Assembly (NCBI GenBank): GCA_963813715.1
Contig: CAWFAK010000005.1
Span: 1,184,001-1,248,000, forward strand
Source: an uncultured Planctomycetaceae bacterium
Lineage (GTDB): Bacteria; Planctomycetota; Planctomycetia; Planctomycetales; Planctomycetaceae
DNA length: 64,000 nucleotides
Direction of reading: 5' to 3'
Part shown: positions 36,760-48,823 of the stretch, in pieces
Layout: each line of letters starts with the position of its first letter
Numbering within the stretch: position 1 is the stretch's first letter
Translations under genes and position numbers: made by a program
Notes under the pieces: generated by a model
What the model was told of the DNA's origin: nothing
The model's database searches: none
The model's input: the letters and a program-made list of their open reading frames with translations, nothing else

Positions 36760-37395
36760 TCAAATCGCAGTACCGCTGCTCGAACTCGAACGGCAGAGGA
36801 GCGTGAAGATCGTGGCGTCTGCGCAGATGTGCACGAGAATCGCCAAACCCAATCCGCCGGTCCACAAGCGAAGGAGCCCCAACGCCAAACGGAAGACTCC
36901 GGCCATGACGGCACGGAGAGGTCCCGGTGGATAGCGTGGACATGCCCGAGGCCGAAGAGAATCGAAGTCGCGCAGAGCGCGACATCTCGACTCCAGTCGG
37001 CCGCCGTGGCCTCCCACAGAATGCCTCGAAAAATCAGCTCCTCGAGCGCCGAGTTTATGGTGCTGAAACAAACGCCGGCAATCAGCAGGCTGCCGAACGC
37101 GGCCACCGGCAGGCCCGCAGCGAAGCCGGTAACGTCGGGACGAGCCAGCGAATGGAAGCCCACCAAAGCGATCACAGTAGAGAAGGCTAAAACGGCGGCC
37201 GCTGCCAGTGGCCAGCCAAAAACCGTCTGAAGCTGAAACGGGGAGACGTTCGCCGCAGACGAGGCCAGACCGCGACGACGAGCGCGTAAGACGCCAACGG
37301 CAGCACGAGATACCACGGCCAGCGAAGGGGGAAATCGCGGTCAGCGCGCACGACAAACGCCGTCAGAAAGACGGCTGCGTGGATCGCTCCATCTA
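36760..37395 (-). CDS. CPBP (CAAX/Abi) intramembrane metalloprotease, copy 1; multiple frameshifts, possible pseudogene
   Basis: [14 protein letters not shown] and ILVHICAD motifs distributed over frames. Confidence 0.75.
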
Positions 37396-37704
37396 GTCAT
37401 AGTGCCGCCGCATCGACAACCACGCCGACAGAAGAGACACTCGGAGTATCCATCTGGGAGTCTACTCGAAAGAAAGCTCGCGGAGAACTCAGCGCGTACA
37501 AGGGCACTGACGGCAGTAACTCAGCTGAACCGCTCTGCAGAGCACCTGACGGACCAGAAAGTCCGCTCGGGAATGACATCTGGGCGAAAATTGGGTTGAG
37601 TTATCGAGTCACTCCCCCGGATACTGTACACAGGCAGGCCCGTAGTCGCGGGCGAAACCCTGCCGCACACCGGTGCACTCCCGAACCACTCGCGGGAGAC
37701 GGAC

Positions 37705-39378
37705 GTGGAAGCGAACGAGAAAACGGGCGAACGTGTCGCGGAGCCGCGCCCTGCGCAGCCGACGACGCTGACGCTCCCTGCCGCTTCGCCCCCGGTTGGC
37801 CCGTCCCGTCCCGCTCGACAATTGGATGCCCAGACGCGCCGCTTCGCAGACGAAGTTGTGGGGCTGTTGCACCGCCGCCTGCTTGCCGGGACTACCATCG
37901 GCGCCGTCGCCTTCGTTCTGATGATTTTCGTGGCCCTGGCCAGTCCACACGGCCGCTTTGAGCACCTCAGCCTGGCTCTGTACGCGAGCCTGGCGCTTTG
38001 GTTCACGGGGCTGGCGGCGTGGTTGGCTCGGCACCGCGACCCGTCGCTGTCTCGCCTGCGAGTGGTCGAAGTTTTGGCCGTGGCTGCCTATGCCGCCCAC
38101 TGTGGGCGAAAGGACTTCGAGCACTACTCCGTTTATTGGGGCAAGCTGCCGGTTGACGACCAGTGGCTGGTTGTGTCGCACAGCCTGCTCAACTGGGTCT
38201 TTCTCATCTTCATTTACGGCATCCTGATCCCCAACGACTGGCGACGCTCGTTGCGGATGCTGACCGGCATGGCCCTGATCCCGCTGGCCGTTTACGGGGC
38301 GACCTGGTTCTCGTTTCCGCCGTCGCACCGACCCGCCGCGCCCCTGTTCGAGCTGTTTGCCATGGCGCGGGTGATGGGCGCGGCCGTCGCCATTTCAGTC
38401 TTCGGGGCCCACAAGTTCACCACGTTGCAGCGGCAGGCGTCCGAAGCACGGCATCTCGGGAAGTACCGGATCAAGCGCCGACTGTCGACCGGGGGCATGG
38501 GCGAGGTGTATTTGGCCGAGCATCGGCTGCTGAATCGGCCCTACGCCATCAAGCTGATCCGCCGCGAGATCGCCGCGAACCCAACGAGCCGCACACGCTT
38601 CGCCCGTGAGATTCAGGCCATGGCCCGGCTCACGCATTGGAACACGATCGAAATCGTCGATTACGGCCACGGCCCGGACGGCACCTTCTACTACGTGATG
38701 GAATACGTCGACGGGCAGAACCTGAGCGAGCTCGTCGAGCGCTTCGGACCTCTGCCGCCGGGGCGAGTCGTTTATTTGTTGCGGCAGGCCTGCGCCTCGC
38801 TGGCCGAAGCACACGCCATCGGCCTGATTCACCGTGACATCAAGCCGGGAAATCTCATGCTGACGCAGCAGGCCGGCCTGTTCGACGTCGTCAAGGTGCT
38901 CGACTTCGGCGTGGTGCAGCATCTCGGCCCGACCGAAGGCGACGACCGGCTGACGCAAACGGGACTGTTAATCGGCACGCCCGGTTACATGTCACCAGAA
39001 CAGGCCGCCGGCATCGCCGACGTGCGGACCGACGTCTACGGATTGGGCGCGGTTGCCTACTTTTTGCTCAGCCGGCGGGCGCCGTTCAGCGGTCGCGGCA
39101 TGCACCAAATCCGTACGTCCTTGCTGGAAGACCCGACACCGCTGCGGGAACTGCGTCCGGAGATCCCGTCCGACCTGGCGGCCGTCATCGAGCGCTGTCT
39201 GCGTCGCGACCCCGTGGAACGCTTCGCCGATATTGGGCAGTTGGACCAGGCTTTGGCAGCCTGCGACTGCGCCGCGACCTGGAGTTCCGAAGACGCCGCA
39301 GCCTGGTGGCGAGGAGCCGGCTCGGCCACCGCCACGGACGACGCCAGCGAGGGAACAGTCCCCGGCGTGCGCGTCTAG
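37705..39378 (+). CDS. Membrane-bound Hanks-type Ser/Thr protein kinase
   Basis: About 6 N-terminal TMs, then GGMGEVY, AIK, HRDIKPGN, DFG, GTPGYMSPE and DVYGLG. Confidence 0.95.
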   Translation: MEANEKTGERVAEPRPAQPTTLTLPAASPPVGPSRPARQLDAQTRRFADEVVGLLHRRLLAGTTIGAVAFVLMIFVALASPHGRFEHLSLALYASLALWFTGLAAWLARHRDPSLSRLRVVEVLAVAAYAAHCGRKDFEHYSVYWGKLPVDDQWLVVSHSLLNWVFLIFIYGILIPNDWRRSLRMLTGMALIPLAVYGATWFSFPPSHRPAAPLFELFAMARVMGAAVAISVFGAHKFTTLQRQASEARHLGKYRIKRRLSTGGMGEVYLAEHRLLNRPYAIKLIRREIAANPTSRTRFAREIQAMARLTHWNTIEIVDYGHGPDGTFYYVMEYVDGQNLSELVERFGPLPPGRVVYLLRQACASLAEAHAIGLIHRDIKPGNLMLTQQAGLFDVVKVLDFGVVQHLGPTEGDDRLTQTGLLIGTPGYMSPEQAAGIADVRTDVYGLGAVAYFLLSRRAPFSGRGMHQIRTSLLEDPTPLRELRPEIPSDLAAVIERCLRRDPVERFADIGQLDQALAACDCAATWSSEDAAAWWRGAGSATATDDASEGTVPGVRV

Positions 39379-39403
39379 TGCCGCGCACTCCAACGTCGAA
39401 TGC

Positions 39404-40062
39404 TTAGCCAGCGACTGGTTCGAACGCTCCTGACCGGAAGAGAATCGTGAAAATCGTCGCATCGGCGCAGATGTGCACGAGAATCGTCAGTCCCAACCCG
39501 CCGGTCCAGAGCCGCAAGAGCCCCAACGCCATTCCGAAGACTCCGGCCAGGACGGCCCCGAGCGGTCCCGGCGGATAGCCGTGGACATGACCCAGGCCAA
39601 AGAGAATCGTGGTCGGCGCCGATGCGCGACGCCCCGATTCCACTCGGCCGCCGTGGCCTCCCACAGCACGCCTCGGAAAATCAATTCTTCCAGCACCGCG
39701 TTTGTGGTGCTGAAACAAACGCCGGCGACCAAAAGACTGCCGAACGCGGCAACCGGTAGCCCCGCCGCCAGGCCGGCAACCTCGGGACGAGCCAGCGCTT
39801 GGAAGCCCAGCAATGCGACCACAGTCGTGATGGCCAGAACCAGGGCCACTGCCAGCGGCCAGCCAACCATCCGCCCCAGGGCCAGCCGCGGGGCTGTTCG
39901 CCGCAGACGGGGCCAGGCGACCACGACGATCACATAGGCCAGCAATGGCAGAACGAGATACCACGGCCAGCGAAGCGGCGACATCGCGATCAGCGCGACG
40001 GTAAGCGCCGTCAGGTAGACGGCTCCGTGGATCGCGCCATCTCGTCGTAGCGCCGCCTCCAT
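39404..40062 (-). CDS. CPBP (CAAX/Abi) intramembrane metalloprotease, copy 2; frameshift near 39620
   Basis: [21 protein letters not shown] and ILVHICAD. Confidence 0.85.
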
Positions 40063-40305
40063 CTCCAGTCCTCCGAGAATCAGTCCACCCAGGTCGTGCG
40101 CCTTTCGAGGCTAAGAAAAGCAGAACCCCCGGAGAAACTGTGCGACTTCAGTCGGTCATCGAATTCAACCTCTCCCGAAAGGCTTGCCATGCGGCCAGAT
40201 CAAAATATCGTCGCGTGTTTCTCCTTTGGTAATTTTAGGCCCGCCAGCACAGACCGCACCGTACAATTCGCGAGCGTCCCGCATGGTCTCGAACAGGAAG
40301 GTCTC

Positions 40306-40700
40306 ATGGACATCAAACGCAACGGATCACAGCCGTCGAAAAAGGGACCGGCCGACTGGTTTACCGGGACGGTCCGCATCGACGCTTTGTTCCAACCCGA
40401 GGCTCCCGCCCGCGCGTCGGCGCCAGCGTCACGTTCGAGCCCGGCGCTCGCACGGCCTGGCACACGCACCCGCTCGGCCAGACGCTGATCGTGACGGCTG
40501 GCTGCGGGCGGGCGCAGCGCTGGGGCGGGCCGATCGAAGAACTGCGACCGGGCGACGTGGTCTGGTTCGCGCCGGGCGAAAAGCACTGGCACGGCGCCGC
40601 GCCCACCACGGCGATGACCCACGTCGCCATCGGCGAACTGCTTGAGGGCAAAGTCGTCGACTGGATGGAGCAGGTCACCGACGAGCAGTACGGCCGGTAA
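40306..40700 (+). CDS. Cupin domain protein; frameshift near 40420
   Basis: [40 protein letters not shown] and GEKHWHGA. Confidence 0.9.
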
Positions 40701-40748
40701 GCCTGGCCGCGAAGTTTGAAATCCGCACAGCGCCTCCCACTCGCTTGA

Positions 40749-41913
<1,165 letters not shown>

Positions 41914-41923
<10 letters not shown>

Positions 41924-43293
41924 CGGAGCGCCTCGATCGGGTCGAGCCGAGAGGCCTTCCAGGCGGGGTAATAGCCGAAGACCACGCCGATCAACAGCGA
42001 GACGCCCACAGCCGCGAACATGGCCGGCCACGAGATCCGCGTCGGCCACAGCAGCGTGGCGCGGACGACCAGTGACGAAAATCGTCCCAGCAGAATGCCG
42101 GTCGCTCCGCCCAAGGCGCACAGCAGGATCGACTCGACCAGGAACTGACTCAGAATGTCCCGCGACCGGGCGCCGATCGCCATCCGCAGGCCGATCTCCT
42201 TGGTGCGCTCGGTGACGGAGACCAGCATGATGTTCATGATGCCGACGCCGCCGACCACCAGCGAAATCATCGCCACAACCAGGAGCAGAACCGACATCAA
42301 ACGCGAGGCTGAGGCCCGGGTGCGGCTGATCTCAGTCATGTCTCGCAAGGTAAAGTCTTCCGGTTGACCGGCGCGCTTGTGATGTCGCTCGCGGAGCAGG
42401 TCCTGGATTTGCTTCATGGCGGGAGAGATCGCCTCGTCCGAGCGGGCCTTGACCAGGATCAAGTCGAGGTTGGTGAAGTGGACCGGCTGCGGCGTATCGG
42501 CCAGTTGGGTCGGCGAGGCCACCGGATAGAGCACGGGCTTCACCGAAGGAAACGCGTCGTTGAGCGAATTGACCTGTTGAGACGGGTCCACCTTCAGCGC
42601 CGCGCTCTGGTTGGCCTTCTGCGCGGACTGGCCGACGATTTTGAACTTAAGCGTTGTCCAGGGAAGCATCACGATGTCGTCTTGATCCTGGCCGTACATG
42701 TTGGCCCCCTTGCGGGAGAGCACGCCCAGAACCTTCAAGGGCTTGTTGTTCATTCGCAGCTGCTGGCCGACGGGCGACTCGTCCCCGAACAGTTCGTCGG
42801 CAACCGACTGGCCGATGACGCAGACTTCTCGCAGGGATGTGACGTCCTCCTCCGTAAACATCGAGCCGTCGGCCAGCTGGGCCCAGTCTCGGATGTCGAG
42901 GTAAGCGGGTGTCGTGCCGTTGATACGGTCGGGCACCCAGTTGCGGCCGTTGGCGACCACTTGCGTGCGGGCGGCCACCAGAGGAGCGACGCTGGAAAGC
43001 GCACTACAACGGTCGGCCATCGCCGCGGCGTCTCCGGGGGTCAGGCTCATGGCCGTCCCCGCTCCGCCCGCGACACCGGCCATCGCCAGGTTGCCCGGAA
43101 GCACGAGGATCGTGTTGGAGCCCATGCTGGCGATCGTGGCTTCGACTTCGCGCGCCGCGCCATCGCCGATTTCGACCATGGCAATCACGGCGCCGACGCC
43201 GATCACGATGCCCAGCGTCGTCAACACCGAGCGGAGCACGTGTCGCCTGAGCGCGCTGACGGCCATCTGCGGCGTGCGGTACAAAAAACGCAT
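41914..43293 (-). CDS. MacB-like ABC transporter permease
   Basis: RSVLTTLGIVIGV, GGVGIMNIMLVSVTERTKEIGLR and LDPIEALRYE. Confidence 0.95.
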
Positions 43294-43352
43294 AGCTGGT
43301 AATTTCGTCGGGCGGCCAGCCGCATCTTGGAAACGGCGGCAGATTGCTCCCG

Positions 43353-44075
43353 TCAGGCGGCGGCCGGGTCCGCTTCGACGACCTGACCGTCGTACACCCC
43401 CTCGGCGATCAAACCATCGCTGATGCGGATCACGCGCCGCGCGGAGTGGGCAACGCCGGGGTCGTGCGTCACCAGCACGACAGTAATGCCGTCTTCCTCG
43501 CTGAGATTCTGAAACATCTGCAGGATTTCACGGCTGGTTTTGGAATCGAGGTTGCCGGTCGGCTCGTCCGCAAAGACGATCTGCGGCTGGTTAATCAGCG
43601 CTCGCGCGATGGCGACTCGCTGCTGTTGGCCGCCGGACAGTTGCGAGGGGTGATGGTCGAGACGCTCGCCGAGCCCCACCCGCTCGAGCATCGCCTGGCC
43701 TCGCGCGCGGCATTCTCGCTTGGACAGCGTGGCGTTGGTATAGGACAGGGGCAGGATGACGTTGTCGAGCGCGCTCGTGCGGGCCAGCAAGTTAAAGCTT
43801 TGAAAGACGAAACCGATGTTGCGGTTGCGGATCAACGCTCGCTGATCGCCGGTCAGCTTTGAGATTTCCTGGCCATCAAGCCAATACTGACCGGAGGTGG
43901 GCCGGTCCAGGCAGCCCAGGATGTTCATCAGCGTCGATTTGCCGGAGCCGGATGCTCCCATCAGAGCGACCATCTCGCCCCGGCCGATCTCGAGCGACAC
44001 GCCCTTCAACACGGGCACGTCAACGTCGCCGAGAAAGTACGTCTTATTGATTTCGTGCAAGCGAATCAGTGTCAT
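43353..44075 (-). CDS. ABC transporter ATP-binding protein (MacB/LolD type)
   Basis: [17 protein letters not shown] and ADEPTGNLD. Confidence 0.96.
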   Translation of the reverse strand: MTLIRLHEINKTYFLGDVDVPVLKGVSLEIGRGEMVALMGASGSGKSTLMNILGCLDRPTSGQYWLDGQEISKLTGDQRALIRNRNIGFVFQSFNLLARTSALDNVILPLSYTNATLSKRECRARGQAMLERVGLGERLDHHPSQLSGGQQQRVAIARALINQPQIVFADEPTGNLDSKTSREILQMFQNLSEEDGITVVLVTHDPGVAHSARRVIRISDGLIAEGVYDGQVVEADPAAA

Positions 44076-44125
44076 CTGCGTTTCGGCCCCCTGGCGAGAA
44101 CGAACAACGGTCGCTCGGATCGGGC

Positions 44126-45556
44126 TTACTTCCTCCTGACGTTTCTCGCACCGAACGGGTTGACGGTGCCTTCGCGGCCGGCCGCCGGCTGGTTCTCCCC
44201 AATGACGATTTCCGTCTCGGGGGTCAGCTGCTCCTTGATCACTTCGGCCACTTCCGTCATCAGACCGTCGGTCAGGCCCACGCGGACTTTGATCGGTCGG
44301 ACCCAGTCGCCGTCGGTTACCCAGACGGTTGCACGCGTGAGTCGCCCCTTGGTCGCATGCTCGGCCACTCCTTCCTCCGTGGTCGATCTTCGCTGGCCTT
44401 GCTCGTAAGCCGATCGATACTCGGGGGCCACCACGGCCAGCGTCGGCCGGTAGTGCAAGGCCGCGTTGGGAACCAAGAGCGCGTCGTTGCGTTCGTCGAC
44501 TTTGAATTGCAGATTTGCCGTCAGATAGGGGAGCAACTTGTCGCCGGCAGGAACTTCGCGCCGGTTGCGACTTCCCTGCGTTACGGGGACGGACGAATAG
44601 GGATCGAGCTTGCCGTCCGCGTTATCCACGTTGACGACGACGGTGTACGTGACGACGTTCTGCGTCATCGTGGCGTTGAGTCGAATCTGCCCGACGCTGC
44701 CGTGGAACACGTCGGCCGGATAAGCGTCGACCGTGAAAGTCGCTTGCTGTCCGGGGTAGATATTGCCGATGTCCGCCTCGTTGACCGAGACCCAAACCTG
44801 CAGTCGTCGCAAGTCCTTGGCGATGAGAAACAGGCTCGGAGCGTTCAAACTCGACACGACGGTCTGGCCGACATTGACCCGACGATCGACGATGACTCCC
44901 TTCACCGGAGATTTGATGGTGCAATAACCGAGATTCTTCTCGGCCTTGACCAGTGTGCCGCGAGATTTTTCAACGGCTCGCTTGGCTTTATCGAGGTCGG
45001 CCTGGGCGGCCGGCACGGAGGCCTTGGCCATTTCCCAGGCGTTCTGCGTCGAATCGAACTCGTTCTGCGAAATCGAGTTGCTTGCCTTGAGCCGCTGTGC
45101 CCGATCCCAGTCGCGCTCGCACTTGTGCAGGGCCGATTGCATCTGCACGAGTTCGCTCTCGGCATGCCGCACGTCGGCCTCGCAGACGCCCAGGTCGGCA
45201 CGGGCGATAGCCACCTCGGGGGCGTAGAGCGCGTCGTCGATGCGGGCCAGTACGGTCCCCTGCTCGACCGGCGAGCCATAATCGATGGTCCGCTTCGGAT
45301 CGACGGGATCCTGGCCGAACGAGGTGATTTGGCCGGCGACTTGGGCGCCGACGTCGATGACTTCTTCGGGCTCGATCGTGCCCGTGGCAATGATGGTGGC
45401 GACCAGGCTGCCCCGCGTCGGGTGGTCGGTGTGGAACAGCGGCTCGCTGGCGGTCGCGGTATACCACTGCCAGCCGGCTTGCATGCCGACTGCCAAGAGA
45501 ACCATGACGAAGGCGGCAACAATCAGGTTACGCGGAAGGCGAACGGCGCGGCTCAT
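44126..45556 (-). CDS. MacA-like periplasmic adaptor subunit
   Basis: VGAQVAGQI, IKSPVKGVIVDR..GQTV and VNEADIG. Confidence 0.92.
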   Translation of the reverse strand: MSRAVRLPRNLIVAAFVMVLLAVGMQAGWQWYTATASEPLFHTDHPTRGSLVATIIATGTIEPEEVIDVGAQVAGQITSFGQDPVDPKRTIDYGSPVEQGTVLARIDDALYAPEVAIARADLGVCEADVRHAESELVQMQSALHKCERDWDRAQRLKASNSISQNEFDSTQNAWEMAKASVPAAQADLDKAKRAVEKSRGTLVKAEKNLGYCTIKSPVKGVIVDRRVNVGQTVVSSLNAPSLFLIAKDLRRLQVWVSVNEADIGNIYPGQQATFTVDAYPADVFHGSVGQIRLNATMTQNVVTYTVVVNVDNADGKLDPYSSVPVTQGSRNRREVPAGDKLLPYLTANLQFKVDERNDALLVPNAALHYRPTLAVVAPEYRSAYEQGQRRSTTEEGVAEHATKGRLTRATVWVTDGDWVRPIKVRVGLTDGLMTEVAEVIKEQLTPETEIVIGENQPAAGREGTVNPFGARNVRRK

Positions 45557-45749
45557 AGAGTCGTGTTCTGGGCAGAGTACGAACCGGGGCAAGAGCGGTC
45601 AGTCGGACCGACAATTCGGAGGGATTCTGGCGGGAGGCAACTTGGCGGGACAACTTCATAGTAAAGCAAGACGCGTGAGGACGCAAGAACGGGGCCGCGC
45701 CATGCCCTGTCAAACGCCGTCGCCCGTCGCTCGGTCGTGAGCCAACTGT

Positions 45750-47512
45750 CTAGTTGCCCGAGGCAGTTGCGTTGAGAGGCGTGCGGGCAGCTTCGCGCGG
45801 CGCGGCGAACTTCGTTCGGCACGCCACCCAGTGCGGCGTTTGCGTCGCCGGCTCCAGCGCGGCGCGAATCGTCGGCTCGAGCTCTTCCCACGCATTGCGG
45901 CGGAAGACAAACAGCTCGGGTGTCGGAGCCTGCAGCTTCTGCACGAGAACCGGCAAGCCTTTATGGCGGAGGTGCTCAACGCGGCCGCCGAAAAACGCTT
46001 CTTGATAGAACTCGGCTGAGTATTCGTCCGTCAGCGGAAAGAAGACCTCGCGCCCCGCCGACTCAGGGAGTTGGGCGGCCGAGGCGAGGATCGCCTTAGT
46101 CGAGAATGCCTCGTTGACCGACGGCGCTGCGATGATCGTGAACATGGCAATCAGCAACGGACTGCCGAAACCGATTGCCGTCAGCAGTACGCGAGAGTCC
46201 GAGCGACGAATGCCGGCAAACAACAGCGCGGCGAAGAGTCCGACGGCGATCAGCGTCGCGACCAATGCCGGCGACGCGCCGAAGACGATCTGTCCCACGA
46301 GGGCGACGGCCAGCAATCCGCCCAATCCGGCCGCGAAGATTCGCAGGCCGCGCAAGAGCACAGCCGCTCGTTCCGATTCAGCCCAGCGGACCAAGAGCAC
46401 GGCCGTCGCCAGTGCCAGTCCCGGAAAGCCGGGGAGCATGTAAGTCACGAGAATCTGCCGGGCCAGCGTGAAGAACACGGCCGGCGTCAGGCCCCAGCAG
46501 AGCGCGAAGATCAGCCAGGCGTCGCGTGGGGGTCGATCCGCCTCGCGTCGCCGCCGCCAGGCATCGATGCCGCAGCGCACGAGCCAGGGCGACCAGGGGA
46601 GAAACGTGACCGCCAGCATGACCCAGCTCGCCCCATAAATCTGCGTGCGGCCGTTGCCGTAGAGATCGCCGTAGTCGGAGCGGACGTAGCGGAGGATGTG
46701 CTCGTTGACGATGAAGTACTGCAGAAAACCGGGAGTCGCTCTCTCGGCAAGCACGTACCAAGGGGCGGCAACGACGCTCGCGAGCACCGTCCCGCTCAGC
46801 CAGGGGAGCGCTCGTAGAAGCCGCCAATTTTTGGTCAGCGCGATCCAGGCTCCGAGCGAAAGTCCAACCAGCACGACGGCGACAGGCCCCTTCGCCAGGC
46901 AGCCAAACCCGAGCGCAAGAAAAAGGCGAGCCCCCACCACCGGCGACTCCGTTCACCGTTCCCGACGGCCTTGGCAAAGAGCGCGAAGCACATCAAGGCC
47001 CCGCTCACACTTGCGGAGAGGGCCATATCGAGCACACACGAACCGGCCAACACGAAGAACAAGCCAGACGAGGCCAGAATCAACCCAGCCAGTGCACCGA
47101 CGCGATTACCCCACAGGGCGCGGCCGAAGGCGATCGTACCGACGACCATCAGAACGGCGAACAAAAAGTTCGGCAGACGGGCCGCCCATTCCGACGGGCC
47201 GAACGCGCCGAATGATAACGCCGTCGTCCAGAAGAACAGGGGCGGCTTGGCCCAGAACGGAACCAGTTCGCCCGACATATAGAGCCGCGGCGTCACCCAA
47301 TCGCCCGAACGGCACATCTGCCAGCCGATCTCTGCGTAGCGGGCCTCGGTGTTGTCGGTGAGCGCAAACGTGCCGAGCGTCAGCAGGCGAAAGCCGGCGA
47401 TCAGCACAACGGCCGCCAGCATCGCGCCGACCGGGCTCGTCAGCCAGTGCACCAGGCGGCCGGCTGGATTCTGCGTGAGGCGATGAGAGTTGTCGAGCAG
47501 TTTCACAGCCAT
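45750..47512 (-). CDS. ArnT-family (GT83) lipid-carrier-dependent glycosyltransferase; frameshift near 46930
   Basis: TEARYAEI..GDWVTP..KPPLFFW..EWAARLP, LAKGPV and TYMLP. Confidence 0.88.
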
Positions 47513-47540
47513 TCTTTCCTGCAGTCTCTTGTTCGCAGCG

Positions 47541-47579
47541 GCAGTCTCAGGTGGCGGTCTCAGGCGGCAGTCTCAGGTC
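47541..47579. repeat. 13-bp tandem repeat, three copies (GCRGTCTCAGGYG)
   Basis: gcagtctcaggtg gcggtctcaggcg gcagtctcaggtc. Confidence 0.6.
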
Positions 47580-47607
47580 GTGTTCCGCAGGATTTTCTTG
47601 TGAGCCA

Positions 47608-48664
47608 CTAAGCGGCCTGGGCCGCCGGCAGTGCGTGCGAGGGACTGAGCCGGCCCAGCGAGAGTCCGAACTGCTGCAACAGCTCCACCAGCAAGGGACT
47701 CGTCAACAGGCCCAGCTCTTGTGGACGCAGGTGTGCCAGCGGATCGTGCCAGCCGTCTGGATCTCGGCTGTTCCCCCAAGACGCCAAACTCGCGACCCGC
47801 ATCAGTTGCCGGGTGGACGCCGACTTCAATCAACCGACAGCTTCCCGCCGAATGCAAAAAGCCGCGCATAATTTCGAGATTGATCCGCCCCGCGTGGCTG
47901 GTGCCGAAGTAGACGTGAGGCACCGCGACCTCCCAACCGTTCGCTGCGTTTGCCAGACGGTCGGCGTAGTAACGCTTGACCCGCGCGACGCACCAATTCG
48001 CCGGGCGAAATTCGTGAAGCACGGTGCTCCGCAACAGGCCTCGCTCCCGCGCCAACCGGAGGGCCGGGATCTGGTGTCGCTCCAACAGTTCGCGGAGGGC
48101 CGGTCGCAAGCCGGGCAGCAGCTCGATGTATTGGTGGCCATTCAGGTGCGTGGGTCGCTGCCCGTGATCTCGGAGAAATTCGACTTGAGCTGCCAACTCG
48201 GCGAGCAAAGCAGGCTCGTAGGATCGCCGACGCCGGTAAAGCGTCGCGAACAGGCGGCCAATGCCCGGGAAACAACCCCGCGCATCGAGCAGTTCGGATG
48301 GGTAACTGCGTGTCAGGGGACGTCCCTGCGTCAGGTTTAAATGCACGCCCAATTCGAGAGGAGCGTGCGGCTCGTGCAAGTCCCGTCGCACAGCGGTCGA
48401 GGGAAGTCGGCCTGCCTCGACGATCGTCTGCAGACGTTGCCATTCGCGAATCGCGCGCGCTGCGTCGGGAGCGTTTGCCAAGAGCGAGGTGGCCGTGATC
48501 AGCCCGTGCTCGAAGCCGCGCATGATGCCGTCGGTGACCGCCCGGTTCATCCCGAAATCGTCTGCGTGAAAGACGATGCGGCCGCGGCACGGGACGCTGT
48601 GCGAGACAGAGGCACTGTGCGTGACAACTGTTTTCCAGCCGCGAAGCTGTTGCGCGGAACTCAT
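47608..48664 (-). CDS. YdjC/ChbG/HpnK-family deacetylase; frameshift near 47770
   Basis: HADDFG, TATSLLAN, GVHLNLTQG, THLNGHQY and EVGVHP. Confidence 0.88.
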
Positions 48665-48823
48665 CGGCTTCCTTGCCCAGGAGTCGGTCGCGAACCCGAT
48701 TTTGGAGCGCCGGAGAAAAAGGGGCCGCGAGTGTAGTGGAAATCGGGCGGCTAGGGGATGCGAATCAAGTTGGAGAAATTGAGGGACACTGCGGAAGATC
48801 GCCGGGCAGGCAGGGCGGGACAC

